DNA of 64,000 nucleotides from positions 4,278,001-4,342,000 of the forward strand of contig NC_135253.1 of assembly GCF_964204865.1 (NCBI RefSeq). The letters are read 5' to 3'. This stretch comes from Styela clava. Lineage: Eukaryota. Numbering within the stretch: position 1 is the first letter of the stretch; each line of letters begins with the position of its first letter. Below are positions 27,672-39,833 of the stretch, piece by piece. The notes below the pieces were generated by a model. The model had not been told where the DNA came from. It did not search any database and worked only from the letters and a program-made list of their open reading frames with translations. Both the position numbers and the translations under genes were made by a program.

Positions 27672-29782
27672 TTACATCATCGCAATCATTGGCCCAGACA
27701 CTCCTCTACTGTATGCCAATCTGCCAAGAATTAGCAAAGTTCTGAGAACCTGTGCCATATTGCTGTTGTCTCGTATGTTGGAGGTCTGTACAAAAAGTGA
27801 TAGTATTATTGATCTTAGGTAGTCTTTCTTTTGCTTTGTTTTAAGTACATTCCACCTCCATCCAATTCGCTGCTAAGTACAGGACGACCCATAAAAAAAC
27901 GGCACCCTCAAATTTGTTAATAACTCTAACGAAAATGTCTGCTTGTGCATGGTTGTACTCAAAAGTTTCAGTAATCTAAAACGCTTTTCACAAAAGTTAG
28001 GTTCCTTCTAGAATATGTCTCAAATCACCTCCCATGGACATAGGAGACAGACTTACATCCGTTACGCAAAATCCTCGAATCACTCACACACACTTCTCCA
28101 TGGGAATTTTTTGATTTTTGTTGCAATTGCAATTTTGAGTTCACTAATTGCTTGAGGAATATTATGATACACATTGTACTTCAAATACTCTCACAGATAA
28201 AAATCTGAGGCGTTCAATGAATGAGGTGCCCACTCGTCACACTTCTTGCTTGTCAACATTTTCTGAAATAGCCCTCACAGCCAGTGAAAGGCGTGATTTG
28301 ATATGACGCCCCGTAGGCCCGTATTACTGGAACAACTCACAAAAGCGAACGAAATCTCTCCATATACACAAGTTTAGATCAAATCATATTATCATGAATC
28401 ATTCAGATGAATATATGATCAAATGTGGAACAGAATTGCATAATTCGGCCTATTCAGTTGAAATTGACTTGAACATGAACGATGTGCTTTTGTTCGTGTA
28501 TAGCAAAACACTCCTAAATCGTACCTGAAACAAATCGTCTTGTCTAACCCCGAAGTTTTTTGCAGCAGTCAGGAACATTCCAATGTTCTCTTCTTCTTTC
28601 ATGTCTCTCATAGCCTGTCAAAATTTTTTAGTATTCCGTAAGATTTTTAAGATTCCACAGGGGTGATAAAATTTACTTAGACATTTAGTTGATAAAATGT
28701 TACAGACGTGATGGTAATTTATTCTTCAGACATGAACTTGCCTTGAATGACCAGCGTCTGAGTTGTCAAGTTATCCCCAAACGTCACCAATGCTTCATTC
28801 AATATTATACTAAAAATGACACATTTAATTTGAGTATGTCAACTTGATAACCACATCAGCGTTTTACAAAAAAGTAGTGGCTGGTACAAGAATACAAAAT
28901 GTAAGATTTAAAGTCAACCAAATATGAATACAGTCAAAAAAATAAATTTGCAGAATACAAATTTGATTTTTGTTTCCAACTACGCACGAACATAAAAAAA
29001 TAATATCAATTTGAAACTATCTAGAAAGCCAAATAATTCAGGAACATTTTTGCGCTAGCTGTTTACTAACAAACCCACCAGCAACTCGATGCCACTCGTA
29101 TCATTTGGTTCGCAAGATATTCCAGGCACTTGAAACGAATTGATGAGAGCGCATAATACTGAGCCATTCAAAAGAAATTCTCTGAAATCCTAGAATAAGT
29201 CAGTTTTAAAGAGTTTTTATTTTTGTAATACACCGCTATAAAATAAGAAAGCATTTTGCCATATGCAGCGGAATCTGGCGCACTTGTTCAGCTTGTTGAG
29301 ACAACTGCAGATCTGTGGCACAATTGTATATTCGGTGTACAATTTTCATTTCTGTACAATACTCGCAATACAATTATTTCTTGTTACAATGACCCATAAA
29401 TGGCTCATGTAAGTCAGGCAGAAAATCTTCTCGTTATGTGAAAAGAGACAATTTCAAAATTTGTTATGACACATTCTTGACAGACTAGAGAAGATAGATG
29501 TATCCTCATCCAGATAATAAATATCTAAACCAATAATTGGAACAAAATTGCAATCTCTCGATTGCCATAAGATCGTGTTCTGTCCAAGTGTAAAGTATTT
29601 ATGCATCATTGACAGCATACCATGGAGGTAATATTTACATCCTGTCCTCTTCCCGTGAATTCATGACCGGTTCTATTTTTAATCCATTCAGCTACTTCAC
29701 TTTCTTGATCCTCAGAATATTTTGCTTTCGTCTTGTCGTCAAGCTCAGCAGTCAATCCGAATCCGTCTGGCCTAATTGACAT
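27672..29782 (-). CDS. Transgelin/myophilin-like protein A, CH domain only (152 aa, calponin repeat absent); may be a pseudogene
   Basis: Exons 29782-29639, 29189-29079, 28614-28525, 27785-27672, GT-AG, all phase 0. MSIRPDGFGLTAEL...EVAEWI...FLLNGSVLCALIN...ENIGMFL..AKNFGV...DLFQ...NMAQVLRTLLILG...GPMIAMM*. Confidence 0.85.
27880..28313. mobile_element. Tc1/mariner-type non-autonomous insertion in myophilin A intron 3
   Basis: TA-CAGGACG...CGCCCCG-TA ends with a weak TIR. Absent at the homologous point (AATTCGCTGCTA) of the paralogous intron at ~34935. Confidence 0.5.
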
Positions 29783-29990
29783 ATTTCGAGTTTGATTTAT
29801 GTACAATTTACTACTGAACAATATTAACCCAAGACGTTAGACTATGGTTATCTGAAACATATAAATTTTGTGTGATACCAAATGTCAAAATTTTGAGGAA
29901 ACTTGGAATTTTTTCCGAAAATTTTATTGAATCGGTTTACAGCTGCCTTGGTTACTGCAAAGTAGTAACTCAAACTTTCCGATTCCGTAT

Positions 29991-32159
29991 AAAAACACAA
30001 CTCAAACTTTGGAAAAACCGTCATCGAATGCACTCAAAACTTACAGATGACCTAATCCAGTGTTGCCTTCTGATATATACATTATGAATGCAGTGCGTTA
30101 ACGCTACCAAACATAATATGTCAACGCGACAAAATAGCTTTTATATCCAATGATAACTATATAAAAAATTAGTGAATATATTTTTTCCTCGAAACGAAAT
30201 CTTTGCCGCTATCTGAATATAACTCGCTCGGTCAGGGCAACTAAAAATTAATCTCAAAAAAAAAAATGTCAACAATACAAAGCGTGCCATATTTTCGGTG
30301 TTATAGATTAGGTAATATCACGCATTGATTTTAGGTATCATTTCATATGTAAACCTATTTGACTTACACACGTTTATAAATTATATTTAACAAATTAAAA
30401 ATAGTGATGAATGATGCTGCTTTTAATTAATATTAAGAGAAATTGTCAATGTCTGGTACCATACCAAATATTCATCAATTACATGTTCTGTATTATAAGG
30501 CTTATACTAAAAATAATTTGGTCAATTTTGCGGTCATTTTAGGAGTAAAAAATGGTCGGAAAAGTGATTCACCGACAAATGTCGTTAATATTCGCCGACA
30601 TTGGAGGCATGGCATTAGTTAATGTTGCGCGCGCGCACTGGTAAGGGAGAGCAGCCAATCAGACGCTATATTTCAAACATTTTTTTGTTGTTGCTGTACT
30701 CCCTAATTTGTCCGTTTGATTGACGAATATCAGACTTTTGTACTTCGATATTTCTGAACGTAGGTCGGGCGACAGTTATATCTTGGTTTCTTTTGTTATT
30801 ACTGCAGTACTTGCTGCGTTGTCAGTATTTCTGTATAGTAATGTATCTCGGATTCAATAATGTCAGTGTAGGTGTTTTGTTGTTTAGTGCTGAATATCAA
30901 TGTATTGTTCAGTGTGATTATAAGGCACTAGGGTAAGATCTATATATATATACTGATATAACAGTACAACAGTATCCTGGTGTATAAGGTTGGTTGGACT
31001 AGCGTACGTCAGTACATCCATGCTACGTCTGTAGATACTTAACATAGCCAAAGCTTGATGCGTATTTCCAAATCTGAAAAATACAACTCAAACTTCTGAA
31101 AAATCGTCATCGAATGCACTCAAAACTTACAGATGACCTAATCCAGTGTTGCCTTCTGATGTATACATTATGAATTCAGTGCGTTAACGCTACCAAACAT
31201 ATGTGAACGCGACAAAATAGCTTTTATATCCAATGTAATACCTATATAAGAAATTAGTGAATATATTTTTTCCTCAAAACAAAATCATTGCCGTCATCTG
31301 AATATAGCTCGCTCGGTCAGGGCAACTAAAAATTAATCTCAAAAACAAAAAATGTCAACAATACAAAGCGTGCCACATTTTCGGTGGTATAGATTAGGTA
31401 ATATCACGTATTGATTTTAGGTATCATTTCATATGTAAACCTATTTGACTTACACACGTTTATAAATTATATTTAACAAATTAAAAATAGTGATGAATGA
31501 TGCTGCTTTTAATTAATATTAAGAGAAATTGTCAACGTCTGGTACCATACCAAATAATCATCAATTACATGTTCTGTATTATAAGGCTTATACTAAAAAT
31601 TATTTCGGTCAATTTTGCCGTCATTTTAGGAGCAAAAAATGGTCGGTAAACTGATTCACCGAAAAATGTCGTTAATATTTACTGACATTGGAGGCGTGGC
31701 ATTAGTCAATGTTGCGCGCGCACACTGGTAAGGGAGAGCAGCCAATCAGACGCTATATTTCAACCGCTTTTTTGTTGATGCTGTACTCCCTAATTCGTCC
31801 GTTTGATTGACGAATTCCAGACTTTTGGACTTCGATATTTCTGTATGTAGATCGGGCGACAGTTATATCTTGGTTGCTTTTGTCATTACTGCAGTACTTG
31901 CTGCGTAGGCTGTATTTCTGTATGGTATTGCATCTTGGATTCAAAAATGTCAGTGTAGGTGTTTTGTTGTTTAGTGCTGATTATCAATGTATTGCTCAGT
32001 GTGATTATAAGACAATAGGGTAAGATATATATATACTGATATAACAGTACATCAGTATTCTGGTATAAGGTTGGTTGGACTAGCGTACGTCAGTACATCC
32101 ATGCTACGTCTGTAGATACTCAACATAGCCAGAGCTTGATGCGTATTTCCAAATCTGAA
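29991..32159. repeat. Tandem duplication of a ~1.09-kb unit (29991-31078 / 31077-32159)
   Basis: Near-identical colinear copies, each from AAAAYACAACTCAAACTT to GCGTATTTCCAAATCTGAA. Confidence 0.95.
30039..30080 (-). promoter_or_regulatory. Putative TATA box, short non-coding first exon and GTAAGT donor of myophilin A
   Basis: Minus strand reads TATATATCAG...ACTGGATTAGGTCATCT|GTAAGT, with acceptor TTTCAG at 29852. The block is conserved upstream of myophilin B at ~36891-36932. Confidence 0.55.
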
Positions 32160-33050
32160 TTTTTTTGTCAGTAAACTGGCAAATCTGCAAGTGCAGAAAT
32201 GGCAATAGAATATCTGAAAATACCCTCTTTCTGTCTTTACAACTCCAAGCTTTGAAATGTTAGTAAAGTAAGACAGTAGTATCTAATTACTGAATCTGTG
32301 AATCAAGATCAACCGTTTTATGATGATTGAAGACCCAGACTACATGCTGACATGGAACACAGGAAAGATGAAGGGGTGATGTTGCTCTACAATACACAGT
32401 AACTTGAAGAATATGGCATTAGAATATACAGGTATCAATTAATTATATATCTTCATATTTATATACTGATTGGAAATGATCTGCAGATTTATATTTGATT
32501 ATGATATTTTAATTCTTGACTCTAGGACTAATTCAGAACAGTTTCATTTGAAAATGAGCAATTTTAGGCAATATACATTTAACTGTCATACAAAAACTAG
32601 ATTTCCTTTCAACTTATGAAACTATAGATAGAAAATTAATCAAGACAACATTTATCAAACTATTCTGCATATTTACCAAAACCATTTCTATAAATTATTT
32701 TTAATTTTTTTGTTGAATAGGATCGAATTTGAACATATTACATATAATCCTTTTTAACAGTGTATTCTCGAACTAGTTCTTCGAACAGTAAATGTTTGAA
32801 AGAGAGGTTTTGTTGTTGATCTCGGACAGAACTAACATTCTATTGAATAGCTTCGATATCGAGCATATTTGACATATTTGTTTATATTTAGTTCAAAATT
32901 TCAGGGAGAAATGACATGTTGCCAGCATCAACCGAATTCTATCAAACCATTCTAAGGATTGAAAACTACCTTCAGCATTTTATTAACGGTATCAGCTCAG
33001 ATGAGCACATAGCAAGTATTTTTACCATTGTGATAAGATAAAATGATTTG
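30430..33050 (+). pseudogene. Decayed partial paralog of the TNFR gene
   Basis: 30430-30530 and 31515-31615 match the TNFR intron at 23722-23825. TM-like segments occur at ~30765-30870 and ~31850-31958. 32905-33040 (GRNDMLPASTEFYQTILRIENYLQHFINGISS) is homologous to exon 25976-26071. No CRD exons found. Confidence 0.7.
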
Positions 33051-33465
33051 CAATATTTTTCCGACTTCAGTTACAAGTTGAATAAAACAAATCGTACGTT
33101 AACCAAGTGTGGTTTGTAGTAATTCGATAGTTCAATTAGACTCAAATCCCAAACTTATACTTCCTATATAACTTTGATATTATGTATCTTTAAGCCTTGT
33201 TTTGTAGACTCAAAAAAATGAATTTGCAGAATTTCAATCACCGAACGAAGTATGCACCCTATTCAATGCTCTTTGTGTTCAATGTTGCAATTCTCCTAAT
33301 TAAATTGTGAAGAATTATGATAAATGGCCTACTCGAATAATGTAGATTGCATATACATAAACCACAACCCCGTGCATTTGCTCAAGGTATTATAAATTGC
33401 GCTATTGTAATTGCTTCTCATTTTATATTCTCGACGATATTGGTTTAGGCACGTGAACTCTTTTT

Positions 33466-33792
33466 ACAGTGTGTCTCAAAAGTAAGTATACACTTTTAAT
33501 TTTAGCTTGTTTTCAGAAACTCATTATAGAGCGTTCATTTCTTCAGAAAACATGGTATGGATGAGTTGTAAAATTTAGGTATTGTTTGCAACCCCCAGAA
33601 TGACAAGGAGATAAACCCAAGAAATTAGGTGCAAAATTGCTGTTTGGCAGGAAGCATATAAATCAGTAAGGCATACTCAGCGCTTTTGAACAGAGATTTC
33701 GGCATTAATTCTGCTCTTACACTACGAACAATTTATGCAATTCATCGTAAATTTATGAAAACTGGATCTGTAGTTGATACACAAAGATCTGA
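33466..33792 (+). mobile_element. Truncated Tc1/mariner element, 5' end with DUF4817-type HTH remnant
   Basis: Terminus TA-CAGTGTGTCTCAAAA. From 33600: MTRR*TQEIRCKIAVWQEAYKSVRHTQR (frameshift) NRDFGINSALTLRTIYAIHRKFMKTGSVVDTQRS, matching the F..TGSV.D..RSGRP mariner motif. Absent from the paralogous region near 27290. Confidence 0.8.
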
Positions 33793-34248
33793 AAACTAGA
33801 ATCAAAAAGCTTGATACACTGTAAAATGAATTGCGCTGATGAAGTGTGGACGAGGTTTAATTTAAATCAATTACAACAAATAAAAATGGTTACTTCCTAA
33901 GAAGGTATTTTATTATACACATGAGATGCAGAAATGGAGAGTTTTACTTGTACGTTGAATGTAATTTACTTCTAGAAAATATACATTATTTTCTGATAAA
34001 TGTTAATCAAATCAGAACTTATCATATGATCTAAGAATTATTGATGTGATTCGCAATCCAACATACACTATGTGCGCAAGATTTCATAAAGCAAAGCGAT
34101 TTCTGACGAAGAGACATTTCACATTAGCTTCAAATAGCAGCAAGATACATAATACAGCGTGTAAGCAATTGTCCAATGAAATTTTGTTCAATATCACAAA
34201 ACGTATGTTGCAACAAACATTAGTTCAAGAATATTTGATATCAATGCT

Positions 34249-36644
34249 TCAATCTGTTTTAGAAACAATTTGCCTGGTTTGCCCATATCCAGTCATTCCA
34301 CTCTGAGACGCCAGTACATTCGTCCCCATCTGAAAAAATACAATTTTTAAAATGATCAATTGACGTTTAAGCACATAGTACAGGTATAAGTCGGGTCACT
34401 CAACCAAGCCGTTGAATATACTGATATGAATCTGTAAAGTAGAGGCCCGAAACGTCCAAATAAATCATACAGATTCTGTACTCTTTTGTAGCGTGAGTGG
34501 GCGTAATGGTAAAATTTTCTTGCTCGTTGCGAATTCGAAAAAGGATAATATAATACGTTGGTCTATTTTATATAATTTATATATATATATATACAGGGTG
34601 GCCAGAAGTACGTGAACAGGTATTGAATTAATAAATAAATGTGAGGAGAAAACCACAGAAATAATGAACCTGTAGTCCAATTTGCGCTCGGCCAGCTCTC
34701 TGCGATTCCTCATCAAAGTTCCTTTTGTTCTCGTCAGCCATCTTCGTCCCGATCAGGGGCCCAGTCACTCCTTTATTGTATGCGTACATTCCAAGACTTT
34801 GCAAGGTGCAGAGAACCTGAGACATATTGGTGTTGTCTCGTATGTTGACAGTCTGTCCAAAGGGTGATGTATAGTTATTATCAAACAGTATTTCTTTTTT
34901 CATCCAACAATTATACCGCATCTAATTCGCTGCTAGGTCTTACAAATTATATTGTTGTTATATCATGGTATTAATTGTATTTATTGAGTGTTTTGCAGAG
35001 TCATTAGCCAACATGTGGTATATCTATCGGTTAATTTAGTATTGAGGTGTGCTAGTCTGAGAAGGTCCGAAATATTCTAAATACTTCTTTACGTTGAATT
35101 ACCTGTTCTAAATTCTTCTATACGGTGGAAAGATTACCCTGTTTAATTATAATTGACATGAACACGGGGGGTTTTGTCGGTGTATACCAGAACACTTTTA
35201 AATCCTACCTGAAACATATCAATTCGTTTCATCCCAATTTTTTCTGCAGCGCTCAGGAATATCCCAATGTTCTCATCTTCTTTTATGTTCTTCATAGCCT
35301 GTCAAAGTATTTCAGTATTAAGTCATAATACTCATTTTCATGTTGAGTATGACAAAGCCGTTGTTTGACTTCCAGCTAATGCTGAACATTTCGCTGATGA
35401 AATTACTAACTTGATGATTATTTAAATTCCCGAATGACGAGCGTCTGAGTTGATATACCTCAACATAACTAACTATCTAGCCTTAATTCAATATTCTATT
35501 TGAAGGGGACGTATTTAACAACCAAATGACGTTTAAAAAATGACAGAGGAATGGTATCTTGTCACGTTCCAGCTTTTCAAAAAATACAAAATGTAGAATT
35601 ACAAGTTAACCCAATATGAAAACAGTAAACATATAATTTTGCAGAATCTCAATATCGACATATCATTCGTTTCTAACTACACACACATCAAAAACAATAT
35701 CAATATAAAACTACTTGAAAAAAAAATTCAATCGGGAACGTTTTTGTCCTAACTGCTTGCTTCTAATGTTATTGTTGAAAATAAGGAAACCCACCTGCAG
35801 CTTGATGCAACTTGTATCATTTGGTTTGCAAGATATTCCAGGCAAATCAAATGAATTGATAAGAGCACACAGTACGGTGCCGTCCAAAAGAAATGCTCTG
35901 AAATCCTAGAATACGTGAGTTTAAGAGAGTAATTATATTTGGCATACACTGCTGTGAAATAAGAAATATTTTTGTTGCATGCAAAGGAATACGGCACATT
36001 GGTTAAGATTGCTAAGACAACTGCAGATTTGTGGCACAATTGCCAGAAAATAAGAGATGATTTTAAAATTAGTCACGATACAAAATGGGTTCTAGACGGC
36101 GATATCAATTATTGTCATTCTTCTAACGGGGGCAGGCTGGAAAAGAGGAGAAAACGGATAGATGTACATCGATCAAGATGACGAATACCTAAAACATTAT
36201 TTCGGGCAAAATTGCAATCTGTCGATTGCCGCTGGGTCGTGTACTGTATTATTTGTTGTACAGCATTCATGCATCATTGACAGCGTATCGTGTTGCTACT
36301 ATGGTGACCTTACATTTGAACGCACGTACATTTGAACCCATGTGTATATCCGCGGGTTCAATATGCGGATGCTAAAACCCATGGGTTAGGGTTAGTATGG
36401 ATTAAAATATCCGTAAAACAAAAAAATTTCCATAGGTGCAATAGTATGCAGGTGCAATTGTCGTGGGTTCAAATGTAATGGAACCTGCTACTATACTTAC
36501 ATCCTGTCCACTTCCGGTGAATTCCAGACCGGTCCTACATTTAATCCATTCGGCTACTTCACTTTCTTGATCCTCGGAGTATTTTGCCCTCATCTTGTCT
36601 TCAAGATCGCGGGTTAATCCGTATCCCTTTGGTCTGCTTGACAT
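34249..36644 (-). CDS. Transgelin/myophilin-like protein B (CH domain + one calponin repeat, 202 aa)
   Basis: Exons 36644-36501, 35905-35795, 35298-35209, 34852-34670, 34329-34249, all phase 0. C-terminal IGLQMGTNVLASQSGMTGYGQTRQI calponin repeat. Confidence 0.93.
36303..36485. mobile_element. Mutator-type MITE with perfect 9-bp TSD
   Basis: TIR GGTGACCTTACATTTGAAC / GTTCAAATGTAATGGAACC; TGCTACTAT at 36294-36302 and 36486-36494. Absent from the paralogous intron of gene A. Confidence 0.85.
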
Positions 36645-39600
36645 ATTTCCAGTTCGATTTAAATACAATTTATTACTGAACAGTATAGCCTAAGTTTTTG
36701 GACTATGATTATCTGAAACATGTGGAATTTGTGAGAGACTGAAAGTCAAATGTGGATTTATTTTCAAAAAAAATATTGACTCGGTTTACAGCTCTCTTGT
36801 TTACTGCAAAATTGTATCTCGATTTTCCGAAGTTTGAAAAACATGACTACTGCTCCAGCAAAACAAATATCGCCATAGACTTCAATCGAAACTTACAGAC
36901 GACTTAATCCAGTGTTGACATCTGATATATACATTAAGTATACAGTGCATTGTCAAAAATATTTCCAAAGAAGCCGTTTTGCAGAGAATTTTGATATATA
37001 TAACAGGATATTTTCAGTACTCTGCTGTACAAACATTATTTAGCAAGTATACTTTTTGTACGTGCAAAAGCGAAAACCATTCTAATATATTTTGCTAAAA
37101 ATTTACTCGAACGGATAGTCGTGAACAAGCAGTGGTGGTCGTGAATTAAGGGTGAGAGAGTAGTGCATAGATTCATTCAACAAAAAGACATCTTCGTCGT
37201 TATCTGCATATAGCTCAATTGTTCACATCGACTGAATATTTTTCTCCAAACAAGAGACATGTAAAAAGTGAACAAAATATGTTATATTCCCAATAAAAGA
37301 ATCAATAAAACTACGTTTAGCCTATATACAAGAGTAAGGGTATGTTGAGCCTATATATGATGTTCAACTCACAATTAACTCTATTTATCGCTTTTTTTCT
37401 CTAACTACTGGCCCAACTGCTTTGAAATTTTCGTTGACTAAAGATTGTTGTCTCTATCAGGCTATTGCTTTTATTTATTTAAAAAAGTTCTTTGGGTTCC
37501 GTAGGATACGTTTTTCACTTCAAAGTTTTGCGTGAAGAGGGCAATAAAACTAGAAGTTACTTGTAGTGGCGGAACCTCGACCGCATGCCACTTGGCTGTT
37601 GGTTAGCGGAGACAAAAGTTTGTGATACCCTGCTACCTGCACTGATAAGTGATGATAGCTGTTCCACAGTTCTGGCTTCGTTCCGGGTATGATTAGGAGA
37701 ATAACTGTCGATAAAAATTTCGTTTTGGCCGTCGTGTCCATATATTCTAGCATTTCATTCTTGTTTTTTAAATACAGGTCAGAGTGAAGCAGAGAGCCAA
37801 ATATATTTAGTGTTGATTTATACAGCCCCATTATAAACACAATTTAGTTGCTACAATACATTTATTCCAGTAGTTATTCTCTGCTAAAGCTTGGTACCTA
37901 TGATACAGTGTAACCAATATGAAACTTTTATAATCACCATGTCGATGATTCACAACTCTGACATGACATCGAGTGTACCCATCCCCAATGCTAACTGGTA
38001 GTATACAAAGGTCGCACTTCAACCCGTTTCATGCAGGATATTCTGATAATTAGGTCGTAACGGGAATATGAAAAAGAAATAGTTAGATTGTGTCCCCAAA
38101 TTTGATAAAGCAATGGCTCTTATTTTGCTTGGTAACTAACTAGGAAATGGACAACTGATCCGGTTTCTAGGTGTGATATTTTCGGAAAGATTCTTGAAGT
38201 TTGAATATTGTGATAAAAGCATGTCTACTATGGCGCTGACCCAGATGAAAATCTGGCTATCCAAACTTAACTTTTAAATTTATTGGAAACAGTGTTTTGT
38301 GACCAATTATTTCGCAAGATTAAATCCACCACAGACTTTACTTCGAAATATCATTACTCATAATTTTCTTAGTCACGTCGTCACATATTTTCGATGAATT
38401 TTGGAGCCGAACAAAGAACTAATGTACAGGATGAATTTCCGGTAGTTATGAGCTCGATACATCGTATGTTGCTGTTTCTCGTTTATTTCTATTTGGCAGT
38501 TAGAATGTGGACGGATTGAACACAATCTTTTTTACATATGAACTCGTCATCTTGTTTGTGCAACTCCAGAATTCAATAATCGGGCCCATTAAATCTCCAT
38601 CGAATATAATACATCACACCAATTTAAAGTCTAATTTAGCAGAGCGTGTTACAGCAATTAAAATTTTTGTGGTGTAAAAGATTGGAGATGTTTCTTCATT
38701 TGGAAAAGGGAATGAAATACCCGTGTTAGTTTATTTGTATATGTCATGGTCCAATCGACTCTCCGATGCATGTACTAAATCGCCAAAGGTTTTTCACTAT
38801 CAATCTGAACTTCGATTTTTTCATGCAAAGCATTACATTAGTTGGAATCAATCAACTAATGTGGTAGGAGATCTCTACTTTCTTTGATGCGGATAAGTTC
38901 TTCTCAAAGGAGAAATTCTCAACTCCAAGTGAACATTTGTGGGATTTATATCGCAAAATTGACATCTAGTTAGGCAATGCCAATACTAATTTGATTTCAG
39001 ATCGTTAGTAATAATTGATCCGGCCCTCGAAATCAATTTTGTCAGTTGGTATCACAAAGATTATTGAAGCATAAAGTGTACTTTATTACATAAAAACAAT
39101 ACTAGCAGTATTTCGTTAAAAATACATCCGAGATTATATCGAAATATTAACAAACTGAATGGAATGAGTTCACTTTCGTAAAATTGCATTTGATTTTATA
39201 TACACACAGTAACCCATGGTTAAAATTCTTGGTCAATCAAAAGATATAGGAATTTATTTTAAATGAGTGCAGTAACGTCTTATAGCCTCGGAAAATGAAA
39301 TTCAAATAACACACGTTTGAAAAGTACGTATTGGCCAAATATTGAAAAACCGAAACTAAAAAGATTGTCAGATTTACATCAAGTTACAGCAAAATTCCCA
39401 GTTTTCATTTGTACGATTCATGCAGCCATTTTTGAAAATGAAAAAAAGCAGTAATTATCAATTGTTGTTATTTTGAGTGAAGTGACATATTAAAAGAATG
39501 GTAAAATATGAGCATCATTTTGCCGATGGAAATAATGCAATCAAATTTTATCCAGTTCATAAGAATATAAAAGAATGATCAGATGCGGCCAGGTATGATT

Positions 39601-39833
39601 CATAAAAGAGTTTATTATTGCATCATAATTTTTACATTTTTTTATTCCATTCAAAGGAGATGACCTTGTAATGGACTTAACAGACGATAAATTTAATTCA
39701 AAATTCAATTGTTTCAACTTTCAAGCCTATATGCCAATAATATGTTTAGTATTTAAAGACCTTGAGTAGATGGATCATCTTCTGAATTGTAACACTGGCC
39801 AATAAAAATTGTAGTAATTATAGAAAGATGCGC

